This document shows, in pieces, positions 36,168 to 45,623 of a stretch of 64,000 bases of DNA (its first letter is position 1; every line of letters begins with the position of its first letter). The translations under genes were made by a program, and so were the position numbers. This DNA is from Chloroflexota bacterium (lineage in GTDB: Bacteria > Chloroflexota > Limnocylindria > Limnocylindrales > CSP1-4), in the NCBI GenBank assembly GCA_005882635.1, contig VBFG01000048.1, positions 15,913 to 79,912 of the forward strand, read 5' to 3'. A model generated the notes under the pieces. It did not search any database. It saw only the letters and a program-made list of their open reading frames with translations, and had not been told where the DNA came from.

Positions 36168-38632
36168 TGGCGCATCCGGAGGCCCTGCGGGTCGAAGAGC
36201 GGCTCCGGCTGGAGCCGCGCCGGGCGCCGTCGGCCGATGATCTCGATCTCCAGGCCGCTGCCGCCCGGCCCGTCCGGCGTCGACAGCTCCGTCGGCACGT
36301 AGCCCAGCGCGATCGACTCCCCGACGTGGTGGCCGTACCCGCCCGAGGTGACCCAGCCGACGACCTCGTCGTCGTGCCAGATCGGCTCATCGCCGATCAC
36401 GTCGGCCGGCGCGTCCGGGTCGGGCTCGACGACCATCGCGACCAGCCGTCGCTTCGGGCCGTCGGCGGCCATCTCAGCCTCATGGGCGGCCCGGCCGATG
36501 AAGTCGTGATCGAGCCGAAGGTAGCGAGTGATCCCGGCCTCGGCCGGCGTGTAGATCGGCCGGTACTCACGGAACCATGTCCCGTAGCTCTTCTCGAGCC
36601 GCAGGGACATCAGCGCCCGCATCCCGAACAGCCGCAGGCCGTGCGGCTCGCCGGCCGCCACGATCCGGTCGAACAGCTCGCGCTGGTACTCGGGCGCGAC
36701 CCACAGCTCATAGCCGAGGTCACCGGCGTAGTTGATTCGGGCGAGAAGAACGGGCGTCATCCCGAGGTCGACCCGTCGGAACGTCATGAACGGGAACGCC
36801 TCGGTCGACAGGTCGAGGTCCGGCGCGATCGCCGCGAGCACCTCCCGCGACCGCGGGCCCGCGACCGACAGCCCGGTCAGCCCCAGGCCGAGCACCTCGA
36901 ACCGGACCGACCCGTCGCGCGGCAGGTGGTGGCGGAACCAGCGCGAGTGGTGGACCTCGGCGGGCAGCGACCCGAAGAGGTACCACTCATCGGCCTGGTT
37001 GGGCCGGGCGACCGTGAACTCCCCGACGATTCGCCCGGCGTCGTTGAGCATCGCCGTCAGCGTGATGCGGCCGGGCGCCGGCATCCGCGCGGTGAGGAGC
37101 GACGAGAGCCACGCCTCGCCACCCGCCCCGGCCACGCGGTACTTCGCGTAGTTCGAGATCTCCGTCATCCCGACCCGTTGCCGGACGGCCGCCACCTCTC
37201 CGGCGACGCAGTTCCAGGCGTTCGATCGGTGGAACGTGACCTCCTCGATCGGCTCCTTGCCGGCCTCCTGGAACCACACCGCGTGCTCCAGCCCGAACGT
37301 CGCACCCCAGACCGCGTTCGCCGCTGTCAGCCGGTCGTGGATCGGCGTGGTCAGAAGCGGTCGAGCCGCCGGCAGCTCCTCGTTCGGGAACGTGATCCGG
37401 AACCGGCGGCGGTAGTTCTCCTGGACCTTCGCGTTCGTGTAGGCAAGCGTGGCGTAGTCGCCGAACCGGGCGACATCCATCGCCCAGATGTCCATCCCGG
37501 AATCGCCGGCATCGCCCGACGTCATCCATGCCGCCAGCGCCAGCCCGACACCGCCGCCCTGCGACAGCCCGGCCATGACGCCGCAGGCCACCCAGTAGCC
37601 GCGCAGGCCGCGGACCGGCCCGACCAGCGGATTGCCGTCGGGCGCGAACGTGAACGGTCCGTTGACGACGCGGCGGATGCCGATCGTGCCCATCGCCGGG
37701 TAGTGCTTGAACGCGACCGACAGCTCCGGCGTGATCCGGTCCAGCTCCGGCTTCAGGAGCCGTGAGCCGAAGTCCCACGGTGTCTCCCTGGGCGACCACG
37801 GCTTGCAGTCCTGCTCGTAGGTCCCGAGCAGCATGGAGCCGCCTTCCTGGCGGATGTAGATCTCGCCCGAGAAATCGAGCGCCATCGGCATCTCGTGGCC
37901 GGTCCGCTTCACATACTCGGCGACTTCCGGCATGTCCTCGGTCAGGAGGTAGTGGTGCTCCATTGCGAGGACGGGCAGCTCGATGCCGACAAATCGGCCG
38001 ACTTCGCGCGCCCACAGCCCGCCGGCGTTCACGACGTGCTCGGCGTGGATCGGCTCGCCGTTCTCGATATGGACGTCCCAGGTGCCGTCGGGCCGCTGCG
38101 AGAGACCGGTCACCGGCGTGTGCTGGCGGACCTCCGCCCCGGCGAGCTGAGCGCACTTGACGTACGCGCGCGTGACGCCGGTCGGGTCGACGTGGCCCTC
38201 GACGTGGTCGTACAGCGCCCCGACGAAGTACTTCGGGTCGAGGAGCGGGAAGAGGTCCTGGGCTTCCCTGGCCGAGATCATCTCGAGCTGCATGCCGAGA
38301 TAACGGCCTCGCGCGACCGCCATTCGGAGGAAGTCCATCCGGGTCTCGTCGCTGGCGAGCATCAGGCCACCGGGCAGGTGGATCGAGCAGTCCTGGCCCG
38401 ACTCCCTCTCGATCTGCTCGTACAGCTGGATGGTGTACTGCTGGAGCCGGGCGACGTTCGGGTCGCCGTTGAGGGTGTGCATCCCGCCCGCGGCGTGCCA
38501 CGTGGAGCCTGCGGTCAGCTCGCGTCGCTCGAGGAGGAGGACGTCGGTCCAGCCGGCCTTCGTCAGGTGGTACAGCACGCTGGCGCCGACGACGCCCCCA
38601 CCGATGACGACGACCTGGGCAGACGACTTCAC
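36164..38632 (-). CDS. dimethylglycine dehydrogenase-like FAD/GcvT protein
   Basis: VIGGGVVG, AGSTWHAAG (covalent FAD His), GPFTFAPDGNP, LRLEK, TSGGYGH. Confidence 0.92.
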   Translation of the reverse strand: MKSSAQVVVIGGGVVGASVLYHLTKAGWTDVLLLERRELTAGSTWHAAGGMHTLNGDPNVARLQQYTIQLYEQIERESGQDCSIHLPGGLMLASDETRMDFLRMAVARGRYLGMQLEMISAREAQDLFPLLDPKYFVGALYDHVEGHVDPTGVTRAYVKCAQLAGAEVRQHTPVTGLSQRPDGTWDVHIENGEPIHAEHVVNAGGLWAREVGRFVGIELPVLAMEHHYLLTEDMPEVAEYVKRTGHEMPMALDFSGEIYIRQEGGSMLLGTYEQDCKPWSPRETPWDFGSRLLKPELDRITPELSVAFKHYPAMGTIGIRRVVNGPFTFAPDGNPLVGPVRGLRGYWVACGVMAGLSQGGGVGLALAAWMTSGDAGDSGMDIWAMDVARFGDYATLAYTNAKVQENYRRRFRITFPNEELPAARPLLTTPIHDRLTAANAVWGATFGLEHAVWFQEAGKEPIEEVTFHRSNAWNCVAGEVAAVRQRVGMTEISNYAKYRVAGAGGEAWLSSLLTARMPAPGRITLTAMLNDAGRIVGEFTVARPNQADEWYLFGSLPAEVHHSRWFRHHLPRDGSVRFEVLGLGLTGLSVAGPRSREVLAAIAPDLDLSTEAFPFMTFRRVDLGMTPVLLARINYAGDLGYELWVAPEYQRELFDRIVAAGEPHGLRLFGMRALMSLRLEKSYGTWFREYRPIYTPAEAGITRYLRLDHDFIGRAAHEAEMAADGPKRRLVAMVVEPDPDAPADVIGDEPIWHDDEVVGWVTSGGYGHHVGESIALGYVPTELSTPDGPGGSGLEIEIIGRRRPARLQPEPLFDPQGLRMRQ

Positions 38633-38679
38633 GCAGACCCCTCCACGAATCCGGACCCCGAAAGCCTACGCGAGGACGC

Positions 38680-38763
38680 TCAGTGTCCGCCCTGGTCGAT
38701 CAGCTCGCGGATCGAGACGCCGTCGGGCCGATGGCCCGTTCGAAACGCCCTCATCTCTTTCAT
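38680..38763 (-). pseudogene. remnant of a Phd/YefM-type antitoxin C-terminus
   Basis: MKEMRAFRTGHRPDGVSIRELIDQGGH* resembles the IRELIxEGR tail of Phd-family antitoxins; the upstream frame has no Phd N-terminal domain. Confidence 0.4.
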
Positions 38764-38840
38764 CTCGAAGCCACTGGCCTTCCCGGACCCACGTGCGCCA
38801 CCGAGCTCGCAACATGGGGGAGTCTACGCGTGGCTCACGA

Positions 38841-40439
38841 CTAGAAGTCCGTTGGGACCCCGCCCTCTTCGACGCGGCGGGCCACGAAGGCGTCGAGCTC
38901 CTCGCGGATCGCCGGGTCCAGCGGCGGCGGCTCGTACGCCGCGAGCAAGGCCTTCCAGATCCGGTTCGCCTTGCCCGGCGCCTCGGGCGAGCCGGCCTCC
39001 TGCCAGGTCTCGTAGTTCCGCCAGTCGGAGAGCAACGGCCGATGGAATGCGGTGCGGTAGCGGGCCTGGGTGTGCTGGGCGCCGAAGAAATGCCCGCCCG
39101 GGCCGACCTCCTGCATCGCCGAGAAGGCGAGCGCGTCCTCGTCGACCGGCACGGGATCCAGGAAGGCCTCGACCATCCCGAGCAGCTCGGCGTCGAGGAT
39201 CGCCTTCTCGAAGCCGGCGTGGAGGCCGCCCTCCATCCACCCCGCGCCGTGCATCAGCATGTTGACGCCGCCCATGATCGCGCCCCACAGCGAGAAGACC
39301 GACTCGTAGGCGGCCTGGGCATCGACGGCGTTCGCGGCCGACACGTTCGAGGACCGATAGGGGACGTTGTACCGCCGGGCGAGCTGGCCGCCGATCATCG
39401 CGGTTCGCATGTACTCCGGCGTGCCGAACGCCGGCGCCCCCGACTGCATGTCGACGTTCGACGTGAAGCCGCCGTAGATCACCGGCGCGCCCGGCCGAAC
39501 GACCTGCGTAAGGGTGATCCCCGCCAACGCCTCGGCGTTCTGCTCGACCAGGGCCCCGGCGAGCGTCACCGGCGCCATCGCTCCCGCGAGCGTGAACGGC
39601 GTCATCACGATCACCTGGTTCCGCGCCGAGTACTCGAGGATCCCGTGCAGCATCGGCGTGTCGAGCCGGAGCGGCGAGGACGAGTTGATGACCGTGAAGA
39701 TCGACGGCTCGCTGTCGAGCGTCGCCTCGTCGACCCCGCGGACGATCCGGGCCATCTCGAGCGCGTCGAGGTTCCGCTGGCGGCCGAGGCTGTAGGCGTG
39801 GAACGGCTTGTCCGCCAGCGTCACCACGTCGTAGATCGCGTGCAGATGGCGAACCGACGGGTGGATGTCGATCGGCTCGACGGCATAGCCCGCGAAGAAG
39901 TGGACCGAGTTGAGCATCTGGAAGAGGCGGACGAGGTTCTGGTAGTCGGCGCGGTTGCCGATCCGCCGGCCGCGATCGAGATCCGCGACGTTCGGGGCGC
40001 TGCCGACGGTCCCGAACGCGGTCCAGTCGCCGCCCATGATCAGGTCGTGGGCCGGGTTCGGGGCGTGGAGGGTGAAGGTCGACGGCGCGGTCTTGATCCG
40101 CTCCTCGACCATCGTGGGGTCGAAACGGACCCGCTGCGTACCGACCTCGGCGCTCGCGCCGGCCGCCTTCAGCAGATCGCGGGCGCCCTCGTCGAGGAAA
40201 TCCATTCCGATCTCCTCGAGAACACGCAGCGACGCGACGTGGATCGACTCGAGCTCGTCGACCGACAGGACCTCGGTCGGCCGATACGGGATCCGCGGCT
40301 GCTTCCACGGCCGCTGTGGTGGCAACGTGCTCCGCTCATGACCCGCCCGCCCGCCGGACCGGCGGCGCGGTGCGACTTCCCCGGTCGGGGCTTCAGGAGC
40401 GCCGCCCAACCCCGCGCCGAGCTGCTCGTCGTCCGTCAT
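38841..40439 (-). CDS. trimethylamine methyltransferase (MttB) family protein, pyrrolysine-free
   Basis: SLRVLEEIGM, EPIDI, INSSSPLRLD, PFTLAGAMAPVT, VDMQSGAPAFGTPE, HGAGWMEGG, GPGGHFFG; no in-frame TAG. Confidence 0.93.
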   Translation of the reverse strand: MTDDEQLGAGLGGAPEAPTGEVAPRRRSGGRAGHERSTLPPQRPWKQPRIPYRPTEVLSVDELESIHVASLRVLEEIGMDFLDEGARDLLKAAGASAEVGTQRVRFDPTMVEERIKTAPSTFTLHAPNPAHDLIMGGDWTAFGTVGSAPNVADLDRGRRIGNRADYQNLVRLFQMLNSVHFFAGYAVEPIDIHPSVRHLHAIYDVVTLADKPFHAYSLGRQRNLDALEMARIVRGVDEATLDSEPSIFTVINSSSPLRLDTPMLHGILEYSARNQVIVMTPFTLAGAMAPVTLAGALVEQNAEALAGITLTQVVRPGAPVIYGGFTSNVDMQSGAPAFGTPEYMRTAMIGGQLARRYNVPYRSSNVSAANAVDAQAAYESVFSLWGAIMGGVNMLMHGAGWMEGGLHAGFEKAILDAELLGMVEAFLDPVPVDEDALAFSAMQEVGPGGHFFGAQHTQARYRTAFHRPLLSDWRNYETWQEAGSPEAPGKANRIWKALLAAYEPPPLDPAIREELDAFVARRVEEGGVPTDF

Positions 40440-40617
40440 GCCGGAATTCTCGCGGGACGAGCGTATCGGACGGGATTCTGGTCCGAGGTGTCGGACTCGT
40501 TCGTGGGGCGAGACAATCGCGCGGATTGCGCCATGAATCGGCGGGATTCACCCGACCGGCCAGCGAAACGTGTCGAATCCGCTCGCCGGGCGAGAATCGA
40601 TGCTCCAGCGAGTCCCC

Positions 40618-41727
40618 TCACGCTGCCGCGCGCCGGATCGCCGCCTCGTCCAGGACGATCCCGATCCCCGGCCGGTCCGGGACCCGGAGGATCCCATCGG
40701 CGCCTGGCCGGATCGGCTCCGCGAGGAACGCGTCGCGACGCTCCGGGGTCCAGCCGGGCGGGTCGTATGGGAATTCGATGAACGGCCCGCCCCCGACCCC
40801 TGCGGCGACCTGGAGGTTGGCGAGCAGCCCGAGGCCGTTCGTCCAGGTGTGCGGTGTGAACCAGCGGTTCCGCGCCAGCGCCACCTCCGCGATCGTCCGC
40901 GTCCGGAGCATGCCCGCGGCGAGGACGACGTCGGGCTGGTACACGTCGAAGGCGTCGGCGTCGAGGGCGGCCAGGCCCTCAGCGAACGTCCGGGTCATCT
41001 CCCCGCCCGCGATCCGCACGCCAAGACCCGCGGCCCGCAGCGATGCCAGCCCACGCAGGTCCGTCCCGGCCAGCGGCTCCTCCAACCACAGGACGTCCAG
41101 CTCCGCCAGCTGCGCGGCGATCCGGCGGGCCGCGTCCACGTCGAGCGACGGCGAGACGTCGCCGGCCATCCGCCAGCCCTGGTTGAGATCGACCATGATC
41201 GCCATCGTGTCCTCGACGGCCTGGCGCGTTGCCGTGACCGCGGCGAGGCCCTCGTCCAGCCGGCGCGGGTCCACCCGGATCTTGAGCGCCCGGAAGCCCT
41301 CCTCGCGGAAACGGAGCGCCGACTCGGCGCGCGCCGCCGGAGGCAGGAGCAGCCCACACGACGCATAGGCCGGGAGCCCGTCTGCCGCGCCGCCGAACAG
41401 CGTCGCCACCGGCAGCCCCGCGACCTGCCCGACGATGTCCCAGAGGGCGACCTCGAGGGGCCAGTAGCGCCCGGCATGGAAGTCGATCGTCTCCAGGGCC
41501 CGCACGTGCCGGGCGACGGCGAGCGGATCCTGACCGACGAACAGGTGCTCGAACGCGGCGAAGCCGTCCATCGTGTCGCCTGACCCGATACCGAGGACGC
41601 CCTCATCGGTCTCCACCCGGACGATCGTGACGGCGAAGCTCGTCCGCGGGACCGGGTCCCAGGCCGCCGGGAACGGCGGATCGAGCGGGATCCTGAGCCG
41701 GTCGGTCCGGATGGCCGTGATGCGCAT
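40618..41727 (-). CDS. mandelate racemase/muconate lactonizing enzyme (enolase superfamily) protein
   Basis: ALWDI, KIR, MVDLNQG, WLEEP, GGE, QPD, PHTW, EFP. Confidence 0.9.
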   Translation of the reverse strand: MRITAIRTDRLRIPLDPPFPAAWDPVPRTSFAVTIVRVETDEGVLGIGSGDTMDGFAAFEHLFVGQDPLAVARHVRALETIDFHAGRYWPLEVALWDIVGQVAGLPVATLFGGAADGLPAYASCGLLLPPAARAESALRFREEGFRALKIRVDPRRLDEGLAAVTATRQAVEDTMAIMVDLNQGWRMAGDVSPSLDVDAARRIAAQLAELDVLWLEEPLAGTDLRGLASLRAAGLGVRIAGGEMTRTFAEGLAALDADAFDVYQPDVVLAAGMLRTRTIAEVALARNRWFTPHTWTNGLGLLANLQVAAGVGGGPFIEFPYDPPGWTPERRDAFLAEPIRPGADGILRVPDRPGIGIVLDEAAIRRAAA

Positions 41728-41825
41728 GTGCCGGCCAGTATTGCGCAGTCGAAGGCCGCGGGCCGGTCGGCGGGTCGGACGCGGACGGGTCCGCGACTGC
41801 CGGTGTGGTCGATCCACCTCGTTCG

Positions 41826-41854
41826 TTGACAGTCTCCAGAGGCGCCAGTACCGT
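41826..41854 (+). promoter_or_regulatory. sigma70-type promoter of the ABC importer operon
   Basis: TTGACA-N17-TACCGT. Confidence 0.7.
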
Positions 41855-41969
41855 TCGGGCGCAGCCGACGGTCGGAGGAGACCACGCAGCGGGCCGCATC
41901 ATCGTGGACGACCGTTGGCCACGTCGATCGATTCGCCGCGTATCGCGGTTGGTCGGAGGAGAGAACGTC

Positions 41970-43688
41970 ATGGACTACCGCCGTCTGGACGATGTCCGTC
42001 GCTCGACCGGCGGGCAGCAGCTCGACGTCGTCGAGCAGTTTGCCCAAGGCCGCATCACGCGGCGCCAGTTCATCAATCGAGCGGTCGTCCTCGGCTTTTC
42101 GATGAGCTCCATCACCGCGGTGATTGCCGCGTGCAGCTCCGGGACGCCGAGCAGTGCCAGCGCGCCGGCTGCCTCCTCGGGCGGCGGGGCGAGCGCCGCG
42201 GCCGGCGCAAGCGGCTCGGCGGCACCCGCCAAGGTCGGCGGGACGATCCGGGTCGCCTGCCAGCGACCGAAAGGGCTGGATCCGATCGGGATGCAGGACC
42301 TGGCGTCCTACGGAGTCGCCGCCCAGTCCTTCGAGTTCCTGTGCACCCTGAATGCAAAGGCCACGGACATTGCGCCGGGCCTGGCGGAGAAGTGGACACC
42401 GAACGCAGACAACACGGTCTGGACGTTCAACCTCCGGAAAGGCGTCACCTGGCAGGACGGAACGCCGTTCACCGCTGCCGATGTCGTCGCCACGATGGAG
42501 CGACTGATCGCCGCCGGCAACGCGGGTCTCAAGGGCGTCATCACGACCGGCTCGGTGGTGGCAACCGACCCGAACACGGTCACGTTCACCCTCGCGGGAG
42601 CCAACGGCAACTTCCCGTACCTGGTGTCGGTGTTCAACGCCCAGTCGCTGATCACGCCGACCGCGTTCGCGACCGGCACGACCCTGGACGCGAAGCCGAA
42701 CGGCACCGGCGCCTGGAAGCTCGACAGCTTCGACGTCTCGTCGGGCGCCAAGTTCTCCCGGAACGACAAGTGGTGGGGCGGGCAGACCCCGCTCGACTCC
42801 ACGGAGTTCACCTTCTTCGACGACACGGCGTCCATGGTCACGGCCTACCAGGGCGGCCAGATCGACGCGCTCGTCCAGTTCGACGTGCTGACGGGCGGGC
42901 CCCTCTTCACCGATCCGAATTTCACCGTCGTGGAGACGCCGACCACGAACCATCGCCAGGTCTGGATGCGCTGCGACAAAGGTCAATTCAAGGACAAGAA
43001 GGTTCGTCAGGCGCTCGCCCTCACATTCGATCGCCCGGCCATGATCGACCAGCTGTTCAAGGGCAAGGCGATCATCGCCAACGATCACGTCATCGCGCCG
43101 TTCTATCCGTACTTCAGCGACACGGTGCCGCAGCGGGTCCAGAACATCGACATGGCGAAGCAGCTGCTGTCGGATGCCGGCGTCTCCAACCTGACGGCCA
43201 CCCTGGAGTACGGTCAGCTGAACGAGATCCCGGATCTCGCCGTCCTGATCAAGAGCCAGGCTGCCCCGGCCGGCATCACGATCACCCCCCACGGTGGGGA
43301 CAACAACAACTTCTACGGGCTCGAGTGGTGCCCGGAGAAGCCCGCCGATCCGCCCTGCTCCGGCGCGGCGGAGCTCGGGATCGTCGACTATGGCCACCGC
43401 GCGACGCCGGACGTGTTCTTGAATTCGGCGTTCAAGACCAAGGGCGTCTGGAACTCGTCGCAGTACTCCTCGGCGGACTTCGATGCCGCGTTCGGGGAAT
43501 TCCAGGCCGCGGTCGGCGTCGATGCTCAGAAGGCCGCGTGCGCCAAGATCGAGAAGATCATGAACGACGACGTCCCGGCCGGCATCGCCTACTTCTACAA
43601 CTACCTCTCCGGCAACTCGACGAAGTTCACCGGCGTCTACACCTGCGCCCTCGGCCAGATGTTCCTCTCGTCGGCCTCTGCCGTTTAG
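41970..43688 (+). CDS. ABC transporter substrate-binding protein, family 5 (Tat lipoprotein)
   Basis: TRRQFI twin-arginine motif plus IAAC lipobox; PGLAEKW, WTFNLRKGVTWQDG, NGTGAW, KVRQAL. Confidence 0.92.
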   Translation: MDYRRLDDVRRSTGGQQLDVVEQFAQGRITRRQFINRAVVLGFSMSSITAVIAACSSGTPSSASAPAASSGGGASAAAGASGSAAPAKVGGTIRVACQRPKGLDPIGMQDLASYGVAAQSFEFLCTLNAKATDIAPGLAEKWTPNADNTVWTFNLRKGVTWQDGTPFTAADVVATMERLIAAGNAGLKGVITTGSVVATDPNTVTFTLAGANGNFPYLVSVFNAQSLITPTAFATGTTLDAKPNGTGAWKLDSFDVSSGAKFSRNDKWWGGQTPLDSTEFTFFDDTASMVTAYQGGQIDALVQFDVLTGGPLFTDPNFTVVETPTTNHRQVWMRCDKGQFKDKKVRQALALTFDRPAMIDQLFKGKAIIANDHVIAPFYPYFSDTVPQRVQNIDMAKQLLSDAGVSNLTATLEYGQLNEIPDLAVLIKSQAAPAGITITPHGGDNNNFYGLEWCPEKPADPPCSGAAELGIVDYGHRATPDVFLNSAFKTKGVWNSSQYSSADFDAAFGEFQAAVGVDAQKAACAKIEKIMNDDVPAGIAYFYNYLSGNSTKFTGVYTCALGQMFLSSASAV

Positions 43689-43766
43689 CGTCAATGGGTG
43701 GGAACGCTCAGCCGACGCGGGCGTTCCCAGCTCGACCTACCGTCTTGGGGGCGGTGACGTAGACAG

Positions 43767-44720
43767 ATGGCCCGCTTCATCGCGCGGCGACTTCTCCTGG
43801 CCCTCGTCACGCTGTGGCTTCTCGCGACCATCGTCTTCATCATCACGAACGTCCTGCCGAACGACGTCGGTCGGACGATCCTGGGCCCGTTCGCGCCCCA
43901 GGAGACGGTCGATGCGCTCAACGAACGGCTTGGGACGAACCGGCCGATCCTGATTCGGTACGTCGACTCCCTGCGAGGGCTTGTCACGCTCGACTTCGGC
44001 GACTCATTCGTTTCGGGGAAGGAGGTCTTCCCACAGGTCATCGGGGCGGTCGGACGATCGGCCAAGCTGGCGGGCCTGGCCCTCCTGATCACGATCCCGA
44101 TCAGCATCGCCGCCGGCCTCTACGCCGCCAGGCGGAGAGACCGACCGGCCGACCGCGCCATCGTCCTGCTCGGGGTCACCCTGTCATCCATCCCGGAGTT
44201 CGTGACCGGGACGATCCTCGTCGTCGTGGTCGGAGTCCAGCTCGGCTGGCTACCCGTCCTCGCGACGGCGCCCGCCACGGCCGACGTCCTGACCCAGATC
44301 CGCTTCCTGCTGATGCCGGCGTTGGCGATGGCGATCGTCTACTTCGGCTACATCGCGCGGATGACTCGGGCCGGGACGATCGAGGTCCTCCAGGCCGACT
44401 ACACCCGGACGGCTCTCATGAAGGGCCTGACGATCGGCCAGACGATGCGTCGCCATGTCCTCCGCAACGCCCTGGTTCCAACCGTCGCGGTGATCGCCGT
44501 CCAGGTCGGCTACCTCTTCGGGGGGATCATCGCCGTCGAGAAGATCTTCAACTACAACGGCATGGGTTCGACGATGCTCTTCGCCGCCCAGCACAAGGAC
44601 CTCCCGATGCTGACGGCCGGCGTGATCGTCATCGGCATCGTCTACATGGTGGCCACCCTGATCGCCGACCTCATCATGGCCTGGATGAACCCACGGATCC
44701 GGCTGGAGGCCGAGCGCTGA
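43767..44720 (+). CDS. ABC transporter permease (DppB-like)
   Basis: LDFGDS, IPEFV, ARMTRA, DYTRTALMKG, HVLRNAL. Confidence 0.92.
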   Translation: MARFIARRLLLALVTLWLLATIVFIITNVLPNDVGRTILGPFAPQETVDALNERLGTNRPILIRYVDSLRGLVTLDFGDSFVSGKEVFPQVIGAVGRSAKLAGLALLITIPISIAAGLYAARRRDRPADRAIVLLGVTLSSIPEFVTGTILVVVVGVQLGWLPVLATAPATADVLTQIRFLLMPALAMAIVYFGYIARMTRAGTIEVLQADYTRTALMKGLTIGQTMRRHVLRNALVPTVAVIAVQVGYLFGGIIAVEKIFNYNGMGSTMLFAAQHKDLPMLTAGVIVIGIVYMVATLIADLIMAWMNPRIRLEAER

Positions 44721-45623
44721 ATGGTCGAGTCGATTGCGCCGAGCCCGCTGCCAGCACCGGTTGCGACGCCGACCACGTCGACGATCTCGGAGCGAGCGCG
44801 GGCTCGCCGGGAGCTCATTCGGGTCCTGGTCAGGCGCCCGTCGTTCCTGATCGGCATCGCCGTCATCGTCGTCTGGGTCGTGTGCGCCATCCTCGGCGAG
44901 CGGATCACTCCGTATGACCCATTCAATGGGTTCTTCGGTGGCCACAAACCGCCCAGCACCGCCCATCTCTTCGGGACCGATCGGCTCGGGCGGGACGTGC
45001 TGTCACGGGTGATGGTCGGATCCCGCGATGTCCTGATCGTCGCCCCGCTCGCGGCCATTCTCGGCGTGACGGTTGGATCGTTTCTCGGCCTCGTGATGGG
45101 GTATTACCGCGGCTTCGTCGACGACGTCCTCAGCCGCATCGTCGAAGCCTTCCTGGCTCTGCCCGTCATCCTCGTGGCGCTGCTGACCCTCGTGGTGCTC
45201 GGGTCGTCCTCGGTCGTCGTCGTGTTCGTGGTCGGGATCCTGTTCGCGCCGATCGTGGCCCGGACGGTCCGTTCCGCCGTCCTGTCCGAACGGCAGCTCG
45301 ACTACGTGACCGCCGCGAAGCTGCGCGGCGAATCGGGGCTGTTCATCCTGTCGCGCGAGATCTTTCCGAACGTCCTGGGACCGACCGTGGTCGAGTTGAC
45401 CGTCCGCTTCGGTTACGCGATCTTCACGGTTGCGACGCTGTCGTTCCTGGGAGTCGGTCTCCAGCCGCCGTCTCCGGACTGGGGCCTCAGCGTCAGCCAG
45501 GAGTACGCGAACATGGTCGCCGGCGTCTGGTGGCCGACGCTCTTCCCGGCGCTGGCGATCGCCAGCACGGTTGTCGCCGTCAACCTGATCGCCGATTCCC
45601 TCCAGTCGGTCCTCAACGAATGA
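44721..45623 (+). CDS. ABC transporter permease (DppC-like)
   Basis: HLFGTDRLGRDVLSR, DYVTAA, LSFLGVGLQPPSPDWG. Confidence 0.92.
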   Translation: MVESIAPSPLPAPVATPTTSTISERARARRELIRVLVRRPSFLIGIAVIVVWVVCAILGERITPYDPFNGFFGGHKPPSTAHLFGTDRLGRDVLSRVMVGSRDVLIVAPLAAILGVTVGSFLGLVMGYYRGFVDDVLSRIVEAFLALPVILVALLTLVVLGSSSVVVVFVVGILFAPIVARTVRSAVLSERQLDYVTAAKLRGESGLFILSREIFPNVLGPTVVELTVRFGYAIFTVATLSFLGVGLQPPSPDWGLSVSQEYANMVAGVWWPTLFPALAIASTVVAVNLIADSLQSVLNE

